Shown here piece by piece: positions 53,788 to 64,000 of a stretch of 64,000 nucleotides of DNA (the stretch's first letter is position 1; each line of letters begins with the position of its first letter). The stretch comes from an uncultured delta proteobacterium (lineage in GTDB: Bacteria > Myxococcota_A > Polyangia > Fen-1088). Below the pieces are notes generated by a model. That model worked only from the letters and a program-made list of their open reading frames with translations, searched no databases and was not told the origin of the DNA. The stretch covers positions 1-64,000 of the forward strand of contig CAVYGB010000010.1 of NCBI GenBank assembly GCA_963767925.1. Direction: 5' to 3'. A program made the translations under genes and the position numbers.

Positions 53788-55479
53788 ATGCCTGCCCTGC
53801 CCTGTCCCCGGTCGTCGTTGCTCGTCACCTTGCTGGTGCCGGCGCTGCTGCTGTCGGCGCGGGCCGCGGCCGCCGAGCCGGCTGCGGCGGCGCCCAAGGA
53901 GCGGCGGGCCACCATCTTTTACACGGGGTCGGTGCGGGCGGCGCTGGAGCCGTGTGGGTGCACGAGTGACCCGCTCGGGGACTTCGCGCGCATGACTGGC
54001 GTGGTCCGCGGGGCCGGGCCCGCCTCCGCCGTCCTGCTCGTCGACGCGGGCGACCTGACCTACCCGGGGCCGGAGGTGCCGGAGCGGCTGGCCGAGGGGG
54101 CCGATCTGCGGGCGGCCTTTCTGGCGCGCGAGCTGGCTCGCCTGCCGCTCGCCGGATCCGCGCTCGGGGAGGCCGACCTGGCCCGGGGCGCGGACAAGGT
54201 GGTGCCCCCGCGCCTGGCGGCGAACGTGAGCGGGGCGCCCTCCGTCCAGGGGTCGCAGCTCCGGGAGGTCGGTGGGATCCGGGTCGGCATCCTGGGGGTG
54301 GCCGATCCCGCGCTGGCCCGCCGCTTCGGCTGGCGCGCCGAGGATCCCGCGGAGGCCGCCCGGCGGGAGGCGGCCGACCTGCGCCGGCGGGGGGCGGAGC
54401 TGATTGTCGCGGTCGCCGCGCTCGACCGCAGCCAGGCCCGCCGCCTGGTGCGGGGGGCGGCCATCGATTTCCTCGTCGTCGGGCAGAACCTGGGTGACGG
54501 GCTGGCCCGGGCGGATGCCCTGGAGGGGACCTTCGTGGTGGCCCCCGCCGAAGACCTGCAGAAGATCGGTCGCCTCGACCTCGTCGTGCGCGGGTCGCCC
54601 CCGGTGGGTGGCCGCCTGACCCTCGTCGACGCGGGCGGGCCCGAGGGGCGGCAGGTGGACCGGGCCGACCTGCAGCGCCGGCTGGCCCTGCTCGACGGTG
54701 AGCTCGCGCGCTGGACCGGCGACCCCTCGGCCGATCCGGGCTTCGTGGCCGCCCGGCGCAAGGAGCGCGAGGAGCTGCGGCAAAAGGGCGCCGCCCTCGA
54801 GGCCCCCTGGACGCCGCCGGCCAGCGGATCGTATTTCACGAACCGGCTGCTGCCCCTGCGGCGGGCCTTGCCCCGCGATCCCAAGCTGGCCTCGGCGATG
54901 CGCCGGCTGGATCAGCGGGTCGGTGCGGCCAACCTGGGGCGGGCCCAGCCGCCACCGCCCGCACCGCCCGGGCGGGCGGCCTTCGCCGGCGACGCCACCT
55001 GCACGAAGTGCCACCAGGAGGCGAAGACCTTCTGGAAGACCACCGTCCACGCCCGGGCCTGGAAGACCATCGTCGTCGGGGGCAAGACCGGCTTTCCCGA
55101 CTGCGTGAGCTGTCACGTCACCGGCTACGGTGAGGTGGGCGGTACCAGCCTGGGCCACCTCGGCAAGCTCAAGGACGTGCAGTGCGAGACCTGCCACGGG
55201 CCGGGCTCGCTGCACGTCGCCGCCCAGGGGCTGGAGGAGCCGCCCGCCGTCCGGCTCGAGACGCCGCAGTCGACCTGCGAGCGCTGCCACAACGAGAAGC
55301 ACTCGGACACCTTCGCCTACCTCCCTTACCTGCGCGACATCCTCGGCCCGGGACACGGAGCCGCCGCCCGGAAGAAGCTGGGCCCGGGCCCCACCGGCCA
55401 CCAGCTCCGCAGCGCCGCCCTCGCGAAGGCCCGGGCCGCCGGCCAGGCCATGCTGGAGGGCAAGGCCGGCAAGCCCTGA
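53788..55479 (+). CDS. secreted UshA/5'-nucleotidase-like domain fused to a tetraheme c554-like cytochrome
   Basis: Signal peptide; LEPCGC..PLG, VDAGD; four CxxCH motifs (CTKCH, CVSCH, CETCH, CERCH). Confidence 0.85.
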   Translation: MPALPCPRSSLLVTLLVPALLLSARAAAAEPAAAAPKERRATIFYTGSVRAALEPCGCTSDPLGDFARMTGVVRGAGPASAVLLVDAGDLTYPGPEVPERLAEGADLRAAFLARELARLPLAGSALGEADLARGADKVVPPRLAANVSGAPSVQGSQLREVGGIRVGILGVADPALARRFGWRAEDPAEAARREAADLRRRGAELIVAVAALDRSQARRLVRGAAIDFLVVGQNLGDGLARADALEGTFVVAPAEDLQKIGRLDLVVRGSPPVGGRLTLVDAGGPEGRQVDRADLQRRLALLDGELARWTGDPSADPGFVAARRKEREELRQKGAALEAPWTPPASGSYFTNRLLPLRRALPRDPKLASAMRRLDQRVGAANLGRAQPPPPAPPGRAAFAGDATCTKCHQEAKTFWKTTVHARAWKTIVVGGKTGFPDCVSCHVTGYGEVGGTSLGHLGKLKDVQCETCHGPGSLHVAAQGLEEPPAVRLETPQSTCERCHNEKHSDTFAYLPYLRDILGPGHGAAARKKLGPGPTGHQLRSAALAKARAAGQAMLEGKAGKP

Positions 55480-55522
55480 CGGCGGCCAGCGCGATCGGGT
55501 CGCGTCGCGGCCCGGCTGCGCC

Positions 55523-56524
55523 TCAGACGCCGACCGGGGCGGAGCCCGAGAGGAGCTGGTCGAGCAGGTCGGGCTCGATGTTGCTGCCGGTGATGATGAG
55601 GACCACCCGGCGGCTCGGCAGGGAGAAGACCCCCTCGAGCAGCGCCGCCACCGTGACAGCGGACGAGGCCTCGCACACGAGGCCCAGGGTGCGGTAGGCG
55701 AAGGCGATGGCGTGGCGGATCGCCACCTCGCTCACCTCCCCGATCTCGGGGCAATAGTCCTGGGCCATCCGGAAGGTGCGCTCGCTGACCCCGCCCTCAA
55801 GCCCCTCGGCCAGGGTGGGGCCGCCCTCGAACTGGATGAGCGCCTGGCCTCCTTCGAGCGAACGCTTCATGGCGCAGTTGGCGGAGGGGGAGGCGCCCAG
55901 CAGGCGGATCCCCCGGGGCACCAGCTCAACCCCCAGGCCCCCGATCAGGCCCCCGCCGCCCACCGGGGCGATGGCGACCTCGAGGTCGGGGAGCTGGGCC
56001 AGCAGCTCGCGCGCGAGCAGCCCCCCGTTGCCGGCGATGACGTGGTCGTCGTCGAAGGGTGAGACGAACACCGGGCCGTCCGGGCGGCCCTCGCTCTGCC
56101 CGGCGCGGCGCCGGGCCTCGGCCTCGGCCTCGTCGTAAGAGGCGCCGAAGACCTCGAGGGTGGCGCCGAGGGCCCGGATGCCGGCGCGCTTGACCTCGAC
56201 CGTCTGGTGGGAGACCAGCACGGTGGCCTCCAGGTCGAAGGCCCGGGCGGCGTAGGCCACCCCCAGGCCATGGTTGCCGGCCGAGGCGGTGATGATGCGG
56301 CGGCGCCCCTCGCGGGCCAGGGCGGCGAGCCGGGCGGCGGCCCCCCGCAGCTTGAACGAGCCGGTCCGCTGCAGCGACTCCAGCTTGAGCCAGACGTCGG
56401 CGCCGGTGCGGCGGCTGAGGGCCGGGGCCTGCACCAGCGGCGTCACACGGGTCAACTTGCGGACACGTTCGGCGACGTCACCGCCGGTCACGTCGCGCCA
56501 GATATCGACATCGAACTGCCGCAT
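55523..56524 (-). CDS. PLP-dependent threonine/serine dehydratase family protein
   Basis: LKLESLQRTGSFKLRGA, ASAGNHG, PVGGGGL, TGSNI; no ACT domain. Confidence 0.88.
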   Translation of the reverse strand: MRQFDVDIWRDVTGGDVAERVRKLTRVTPLVQAPALSRRTGADVWLKLESLQRTGSFKLRGAAARLAALAREGRRRIITASAGNHGLGVAYAARAFDLEATVLVSHQTVEVKRAGIRALGATLEVFGASYDEAEAEARRRAGQSEGRPDGPVFVSPFDDDHVIAGNGGLLARELLAQLPDLEVAIAPVGGGGLIGGLGVELVPRGIRLLGASPSANCAMKRSLEGGQALIQFEGGPTLAEGLEGGVSERTFRMAQDYCPEIGEVSEVAIRHAIAFAYRTLGLVCEASSAVTVAALLEGVFSLPSRRVVLIITGSNIEPDLLDQLLSGSAPVGV

Positions 56525-56698
56525 GCGGGGCCGCAAAGGGTACCAGGGCTGCCCCGGCCTGGCCATAGTCGGACGGATCGCGGCCGCGCAAAGCGCGCGC
56601 GCGGCGAGATTCTGCCGCTCGCGCCGGCGCATCTGGGCGCGCGCGCGGACGGGTCGATCTGGGCGCCAACCGCCCCGGTTTGTGACAAGTTTCCGGGG

Positions 56699-57785
56699 AT
56701 GTCGTTCGTCACCGTCGACCAGCTCGTGCGCAAGGGACACGTCGCGCCGCCGGCCGCCAGCCGGGTGGAATGGCTGTGGGAGGAGATCCGCCGGCTCAAG
56801 CGGGAGAAGAACGCCTTCATCCCCGCCCACAACTACCAGGTCCCCGAGATCCAGGCGGTGGCCGACACGGTGGGCGACTCGTTCGAGCTGGCGGTGCGGG
56901 CCCGCGACATGGCCGCCGACCTGATCGTCTTCTGCGGGGTGCGGTTCATGGCCGAGGGCTGTTACACCCTCAACCCCAGGGTCCCGGTGTACCTGCCCAG
57001 CCTGCGCGCGCTCTGCTCGCTGGCCGAGGTCGACGCCGACGAGGTGGCCGAGCGGCAGGAGTTCCTGCGCGGGCTGGGCCGGCGCTTCGTCACGATGACC
57101 TACGTCAACACTTACGCCGACGTGAAGGCGCTGTCGGACACCTGCTGCACGAGCTCCAACGCCGCCCGGATCGCCGAGCGGCTGGGGGCGCCCGACATCC
57201 TCTTCGTGCCCGACCAGAACCTGGCCTACCAGGTGGCCATCCGCACCAACCGGATGTACCTGCCGCCGCCCGATCCCCACGCCTTCCACCCCAAGGAGTA
57301 CCTCGAGCAGATCGAGCCGCTGATGCGCGAGGGGGAGCGGCAGGGGCTGGTGGGCAACGTCTTCGCCTGGGAGGGGGCCTGCCACGTGCACCACCAGATG
57401 ACGGTGGAGGACATGGCCCGCATCCGGCAGCAGGACCCCGAGGCGGTGGTGATCGTCCACGGCGAGGTCAGGCCGGAGCTGCAGCGGGTGGCCGACGAGG
57501 TGCTGTCGACGTCGCAGATGGCGAAATACGTCGCCGCCCACCCGGAGAAGAACAAGCTCGCCATCCTCACCGAGTGCGGGCTGGTGGTGCGCCTCGAGCT
57601 CGAGCACCCCGAGAAGCAGTTCTACAAGCCCTGCCGCATCTGCCAGTACATGAAGGCCAACGACCTCGAGCTGGTCTACGAGACCCTGCGCGACGAGCCC
57701 CCCGACCGCAAGCATCACCGTCCCGGAGGACGTCCGGGTCGGCGCCGCCCGGGCCATGCTGAAGATGATCGAGCTGGCCGCCTGA
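56699..57785 (+). CDS. nadA: quinolinate synthase, apparent +1 indel near 57710
   Basis: AHNYQ, GDS, FCGVRFMAE, CSLA, YVNT.A.VKA, CTSSNA, PDQNL, C.VH, C.YMK; tail ITVPEDVRVGAARAMLKM in a shifted frame. Confidence 0.9.
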
Positions 57786-57848
57786 GCTCGGGACTGTTTT
57801 CGAAGTAGTCGGGTTCCCTCGTTTCGCTCGGGCCCGACCAGGCCTCGA

Positions 57849-59249
<1,401 letters not shown>

Positions 59250-59358
59250 CGAGGACCGCGAAAGATAACAGATCGAGGCCCTCGGCGCCTCCGGTCTCTG
59301 CTTGACAGGGCGCGCGGCAAGCTCATCTTGCTGCTTCATTCGTGGGGTCCCGTGGGTC

Positions 59359-60447
59359 ATGAAACTCTTCGCTTGCCAGCATTGTGAGCAGATCCTCTTC
59401 TTCGAAAACGTCGTCTGCACCCGCTGTGGCCACAAGCTGGCCTACCTGCCCGATCGAGACGTCCTGAGCGCGCTCGAGCCGGCGGAGGCGAGCGAGGACG
59501 AGCGCTGGGAGGCCCTCTCCGAACGCAAGGAGAAGCGGCCGACCCTGTACAAGCTGTGCAGCAACTACCGGGAGCACGGGGTGTGCAACTGGGCGCTGGC
59601 GGCCGACGACAGCGACACGTTGTGCCGGGCCTGCCGCCTCAACGGCGTCATCCCCAACCTCGGCGAGCCGGACGCCCAGGAGATCTGGTCGCGGCTCGAG
59701 GTGGCCAAGCACCGGCTGGTCTACAGCCTGCTGGCCCTGGGCCTGCCGGTCGAGCCCCGCAGCGAGGCCAGCCCGCGCGGCCTGATCTTCGAGTTCAAGC
59801 GGGAGCAGGACGGCGAGAAAGTGCTGACCGGGCACCACGACGGCATCATCACCCTCAACGTCGCCGAGGCCGACGACCCCTTCCGGGAGAAGATGCGGGT
59901 GCAGCTCGGCGAGGCCTACCGCACCCTGCTGGGTCACTTCCGCCACGAGGTCGGTCACTACTACTGGCAGCGCCTGGTCGGCGATGGCGCGTGGCTGGAA
60001 CCCTTTCGCGAGCGGTTCGGCGACGAGACCGCGGACTACGCCGAGGCGGTGAAGCAGCACTACGACGCCGGCCCGCCGGCCGACTGGCGCGACCGGCACG
60101 TCAGCGCCTACGCCTCCATGCACCCCTGGGAGGACTGGGCCGAGAGCTTCGCCCACTACCTGCACATGGTGGACACCCTGGACACGGCCCGGGCCTACGG
60201 GCTGGTCCTGCGCCCGGAGGCGGGGTCGTCCCGGGCGGCGGCCCGGTCGGGCAAGCTGACCGCCCGCCGGCTCGACCTGCAGGAGTTCAACGACCTGCTG
60301 GCGGGCTGGGTGCCCCTCACCCTGGCGCTCAACAGCCTCAACCGGAGCATGGGCCTGGCCGACCTGTACCCGTTCGTCCTGTCGAAGACGGCCACCGACA
60401 AGATGCGCTTCGTCCACGACCTGGTGCTGGAAGCCGGCGAGGCCTGA
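59359..60447 (+). CDS. zinc-ribbon plus putative zinc-binding metallopeptidase (DUF2248-like)
   Basis: F.CQHC...FFEN..C..C; YRTLLGHFRHEVGHYYW (HExxH); YASMHPWEDWAE. Confidence 0.87.
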   Translation: MKLFACQHCEQILFFENVVCTRCGHKLAYLPDRDVLSALEPAEASEDERWEALSERKEKRPTLYKLCSNYREHGVCNWALAADDSDTLCRACRLNGVIPNLGEPDAQEIWSRLEVAKHRLVYSLLALGLPVEPRSEASPRGLIFEFKREQDGEKVLTGHHDGIITLNVAEADDPFREKMRVQLGEAYRTLLGHFRHEVGHYYWQRLVGDGAWLEPFRERFGDETADYAEAVKQHYDAGPPADWRDRHVSAYASMHPWEDWAESFAHYLHMVDTLDTARAYGLVLRPEAGSSRAAARSGKLTARRLDLQEFNDLLAGWVPLTLALNSLNRSMGLADLYPFVLSKTATDKMRFVHDLVLEAGEA

Positions 60448-60555
60448 TCCGGAAAAAACGTTCTCTGCGGGATCCTCGGAGGCTCGCGGCGCCGGCGGCC
60501 TGCGGCAGGGTGAATCCCTCCCCGGGGGGCGAGCTTCGTGATTTGATGCCGGGGC

Positions 60556-61257
60556 GTGCGAGGAAGCCTCTCCATCCCGCTCCTGCTGGCCGCGCTCCTG
60601 CCGCTCCCGGCGTCTGGCCAGGGCCCGGGGCTCCCGGCGCTCACGGTGGACTTCAAGCGGGCGCCGGTGGGCTCCTGGGCGGAGTACGCCATCCAGGTCG
60701 GCGAGGCGGGCGGCGCGACCCTGAAGGCGCGCTGGGCGCTGCTGGCCCGCGATGCCACCGGCAACACGCTCGAGCTGACCCTGTCCGGGCCGGGCGCAGG
60801 CGCCGCGCAGATCGGGGGCAAGGTTGTGACGCGCATGGTGCTGCTTCCCGATCCCATCGGTTCGGGCAAGCCGATCCGGCAGCTCGTGGTGCAGCTCGGT
60901 GATCGCGAGCCGGTCGAGGTGCCGCTCGATACCCCTGGCCTGCCCGGGCAGAAGTTCCAGAACGCCGATCCCAAGAAGCTCCTCGATCGCCCGTCGATCG
61001 CGGTGCCCGCCGGGTCGTTCGCCACCGGGCACTACCGGGATCTGCTCCCCGACAGCACGGTCGAGTCCTGGCTCAGCACCGACGTGCCCCCGCTGGGGGT
61101 GGTCAAGATCTACTCGGAGCCGCGCCCGGGCGCGCTGGGTCCGGGCGGCAAGCCGCTGCCGCCGGTGACCATGGAGCTCGTCGCCCACGGCAAGGACGCG
61201 CGGCCGGCCATCACCCGGCCCGCCCGCCCGCTGGCCGCGGGCCCCGAGCGGAGGTGA
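60556..61257 (+). CDS. hypothetical secreted protein
   Basis: Signal peptide; VGSWAEY, VPAGSF, W.S.DVPPLGVVK beta-rich pattern. Confidence 0.65.
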   Translation: MRGSLSIPLLLAALLPLPASGQGPGLPALTVDFKRAPVGSWAEYAIQVGEAGGATLKARWALLARDATGNTLELTLSGPGAGAAQIGGKVVTRMVLLPDPIGSGKPIRQLVVQLGDREPVEVPLDTPGLPGQKFQNADPKKLLDRPSIAVPAGSFATGHYRDLLPDSTVESWLSTDVPPLGVVKIYSEPRPGALGPGGKPLPPVTMELVAHGKDARPAITRPARPLAAGPERR

Positions 61258-61265
61258 TCCCCGCA

Positions 61266-64000
61266 ATGGCGCGACCCGGATCTCGACCGCTCCTCCCGCT
61301 GGCCCTGCTGGCGGCGCTCCTGAGCGCGGGCCCGCGGCTGGCGCGGGCCGCCGATCCGGCCGGAGCCCGGCTGGAGCGGCAATACCAGGAGGAGGTGCGC
61401 CCCTTCCTGCAGGGCTTTTGCCTGGGGTGCCACGGGCGGGACAAGCCGAAAGGCCAGCTCGATCTCAGCGCCTTTCCCGACGCAGCGTCGGTTGTGGGGG
61501 GCATCGCGAGCTGGCGCGCGGTGGCCGACGCCCTCACCGCCCGGGAGATGCCACCGGAGAAGGCCCGCCAGCAACCGGCCGAGGCGGCGCGCGCCCAGGT
61601 CGTCGCCTGGATCCATGCCCTCGAGCAGCACGAGGCGGAGCGAAACGCGGGCGACCCGGGCCGCGTGCTGGCCCGCCGGCTGAGCAACGCCGAATACGAC
61701 TACACCGTCCGCGATCTGACCGGCGTCGACCTCCGCCCCACCCGGGAGTTCCCGGTCGATCCCGCCAACGAGGCCGGCTTCGACAACTCGGGCGAGTCGC
61801 TCGTCATGTCGCCGGCCCTGCTGAAGAAGTACCTCGACGCCGCCCGCACGGTGGCCGAACACGCGGTGCTGGCCCCCCGGGGGCTGGTCTTCGCCCCCTA
61901 CCCTGCCGTCACCGACACCGATCGCGACCGCTACGCCGTCGCGCGCATCGTCGACTTTTACCAGCGGCAGCCCACCGACCTGGCCCGCTACTTCCTGGCC
62001 GCCTGGCGGTTCCAGCACCGGGCCGCGCTCGGTCAGCCGCAGGCCACCCTGGCGGCCGTCGCCGCCGAGGAGCGGGTGGACGCCGACTACCTCGGCACGG
62101 TCTGGCAGGCACTGGCCGGCGAGCGCGAGGAGATCGGCCCGCTGGCCCGCCTGCAGGCCATGTTCCGGGCCCTGCCCCCGCCCCCCGCGGCCGAGGCGGC
62201 GCGGGCCGGCTGCGGCGAGATGCGCGACTTCGTCTCCGAGCTGCGCCCGAAGCTGTCCCCCGACTTCCCGAATCTCGAGCTCAAGGGCGTGTCGGCGGGC
62301 AGCCAGCCGCTGGTGAAATGGAAGAACACCCAGCGCGCCCGCCACCGCTGGGCCTTCGATCCGGCCGCCCTGTACGTGCCAGCGCCGCGGCCCCCCGGCG
62401 AGGTGGGCCCCGGGACGGAGAAGGCGGTGGCCGGGCTGGCCATGGCGGTGGCCCACTTCTCCTTCCGGAACATCGTCCACGACTCGGCCCTGCCGATCCC
62501 CTACGGCGTGCACGAGCTGGCGGCCACCTTCGATCCGCCCGACCCGGCCCTGGCCATCCCCGACGAGGCCTCCCGGCCCCGCTACCAGGCGGCGTTTGCC
62601 CGCTTCTGCGCGGTCTTCCCCGATGCCTTTTACGTCCTGCAACGGGGGCGCGCGCACCTCGACCCGCCCAAGGACCGCAAGCAGAACGAGGAACAAGGCC
62701 GCCTGCTCAGCGCCGGGTACCACAACATGTTCGGCTTTTTCCGCGACGACCTGCCGCTCTACCAGCGCATCCTCGACGCCGAGGGCCGGCGCGAGCTCGA
62801 TCGGTTGTGGGGGGAGCTGGACTTCATCACCCAGGCGCCCCGGCGGCAACACGCGGACTACATCTTCTACGAGCGGGCGGAGTCGGGCAGCATCAAGGGG
62901 CCGGCCTTCGACTTTCTCCGCTCGGAGGACAAGAGCGCCACCTCGGAGGCGACAATCCGCCGCCTCGCCACCGCCTACCTGGCCAACGCCCGGACCAGCC
63001 TGCGCAGCGGCGGCGGCGACGGGCGGGTCATCCCCATCCTCGAGCGCTTCTTCCGGGACGTCTCGGCGAACCTCCGGCGGGTCGAGCGGGAGCAGCGGGC
63101 GGCCGAGCCCCGCCACCTGGCCGCGCTGCTGACCTTCGCCAGCCGGGCCTACCGGCGGCCGCTGACCCCGGCCGAGCGCGCTGGCCTGCTGGGGTTTTAT
63201 CGCTCGCTGCGCCGGGAGGGCCTGGATCACGAGGCCGCCGTCCGCGACTCGATCGCCCGCGTCCTCATGTCCCCCAACTTCCTCTACCTCAACACGAAGC
63301 CGGCGCTGGCCACCGCGCCGCCCGCCGCGGGGACCGGGGTGGGGCGGCTCGACGACCTCGCCCTGGCCAGCCGGCTGAGCTACTTCCTCTGGTCGAGCGC
63401 GCCCGACGGGCCGCTGCTGGCCGCCGCCCGGGCCAGCCGCCTGGGCCGTCCCGGGGGGCTGGCGGCCCAGGCCCGGCGCATGTTGAAGGACGATCGGGCG
63501 CGGGCCCTGGCGGTGGAGTTCGGCGGGCAGTGGCTCGACTTCCGGCGCTTCGAGGAGCACAACGCCGTCGACCGCGGGCATTTCCCCGGCTTCGACGGGG
63601 CCCTCCGCCAGGCCATGTTCGAGGAGCCGGTCCGCTTCTTCCTCGACCTCGTCCAGCAGGATCGTTCGGTGCTGGACTTTCTCGACGCCGACCACACCTT
63701 CGTCAACGCCCCGCTGGCCCGCCACTACGGCATGCCGGTCCCGGCGGGCGAGGCCTGGGTCCGGGTCGAGCAGGCCGGCCGGTACCAGCGGGGCGGCATC
63801 TTGCCGATGGCGGTCTTCCTGACCAAAAACGCGCCCGGGCTGCGCACCAGCCCGGTCAAGCGCGGCTACTGGGTGGTCCGGCGCGTCCTCGGTGAGCACA
63901 TCCCCCCGCCCCCCGCCCAGGTGCCGGAGCTGCCGGCCGACGAGCGCAAGATGGGCGAGCTGACCCTGCGCGAGATGCTGGCCCGCCACCGGGAGAACGC
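61266..64000 (+). CDS. DUF1592/DUF1588 family protein with N-terminal cytochrome c motif (truncated by window edge)
   Basis: Read in frame by hand (absent from the ORF track): signal peptide, CLGCH, RRLSNAEYDYTVRDL, RAYRRPL, LASRLSYFLWSSAPD, RTSPVKRGYWV. Confidence 0.88.
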   Translation, partial: MARPGSRPLLPLALLAALLSAGPRLARAADPAGARLERQYQEEVRPFLQGFCLGCHGRDKPKGQLDLSAFPDAASVVGGIASWRAVADALTAREMPPEKARQQPAEAARAQVVAWIHALEQHEAERNAGDPGRVLARRLSNAEYDYTVRDLTGVDLRPTREFPVDPANEAGFDNSGESLVMSPALLKKYLDAARTVAEHAVLAPRGLVFAPYPAVTDTDRDRYAVARIVDFYQRQPTDLARYFLAAWRFQHRAALGQPQATLAAVAAEERVDADYLGTVWQALAGEREEIGPLARLQAMFRALPPPPAAEAARAGCGEMRDFVSELRPKLSPDFPNLELKGVSAGSQPLVKWKNTQRARHRWAFDPAALYVPAPRPPGEVGPGTEKAVAGLAMAVAHFSFRNIVHDSALPIPYGVHELAATFDPPDPALAIPDEASRPRYQAAFARFCAVFPDAFYVLQRGRAHLDPPKDRKQNEEQGRLLSAGYHNMFGFFRDDLPLYQRILDAEGRRELDRLWGELDFITQAPRRQHADYIFYERAESGSIKGPAFDFLRSEDKSATSEATIRRLATAYLANARTSLRSGGGDGRVIPILERFFRDVSANLRRVEREQRAAEPRHLAALLTFASRAYRRPLTPAERAGLLGFYRSLRREGLDHEAAVRDSIARVLMSPNFLYLNTKPALATAPPAAGTGVGRLDDLALASRLSYFLWSSAPDGPLLAAARASRLGRPGGLAAQARRMLKDDRARALAVEFGGQWLDFRRFEEHNAVDRGHFPGFDGALRQAMFEEPVRFFLDLVQQDRSVLDFLDADHTFVNAPLARHYGMPVPAGEAWVRVEQAGRYQRGGILPMAVFLTKNAPGLRTSPVKRGYWVVRRVLGEHIPPPPAQVPELPADERKMGELTLREMLARHREN

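Noticed and set aside
53945..53975. Selenocysteine in the PCGC motif
   Set aside because: The codons are TGT and TGC; there is no in-frame TGA

Overview
High-GC (~72%) bacterial DNA, most consistent with a Myxococcota (Polyangia/Haliangium-like) genome; the taxon is inferred from gene content. The core is a ~27 kb adventurous-gliding (Agl-Glt) locus on the minus strand: gltC-gltD-gltE-gltF-gltG-TPR lipoprotein, then a terminator and a new promoter, then giant gltI/agmK. gltI is translationally coupled to an RNase Y-like gene with a degenerate KH domain and is followed by an Oar-like TonB-dependent receptor. cglC/gltK and yraN are transcribed divergently. Structured RNA leaders precede gltC and gltI. 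The rest is mostly housekeeping or metabolic: tRNA-Asp, tRNA-Thr, carF head-to-head with a fatty-acid hydroxylase, yajQ, an NTT-like transporter, leuS, Uma2, an amidohydrolase pair, a PilZ-TM-AMIN-like protein, class I fumarase, an orphan NtrC-type regulator, a ROK kinase with an ABC-2 exporter, rpsP-khpA-rimM-trmD-rplS, a UshA-like/tetraheme cytochrome fusion, a Thr/Ser dehydratase, nadA, rimO, a Zn peptidase and a DUF1592-family protein running off the right edge. Clustered single-base indels in leuS, an amidohydrolase, nadA and rimO are most likely long-read assembly errors. No CRISPR array, IS element or prophage was seen. All calls come from reading motifs by eye; no database searches were run.
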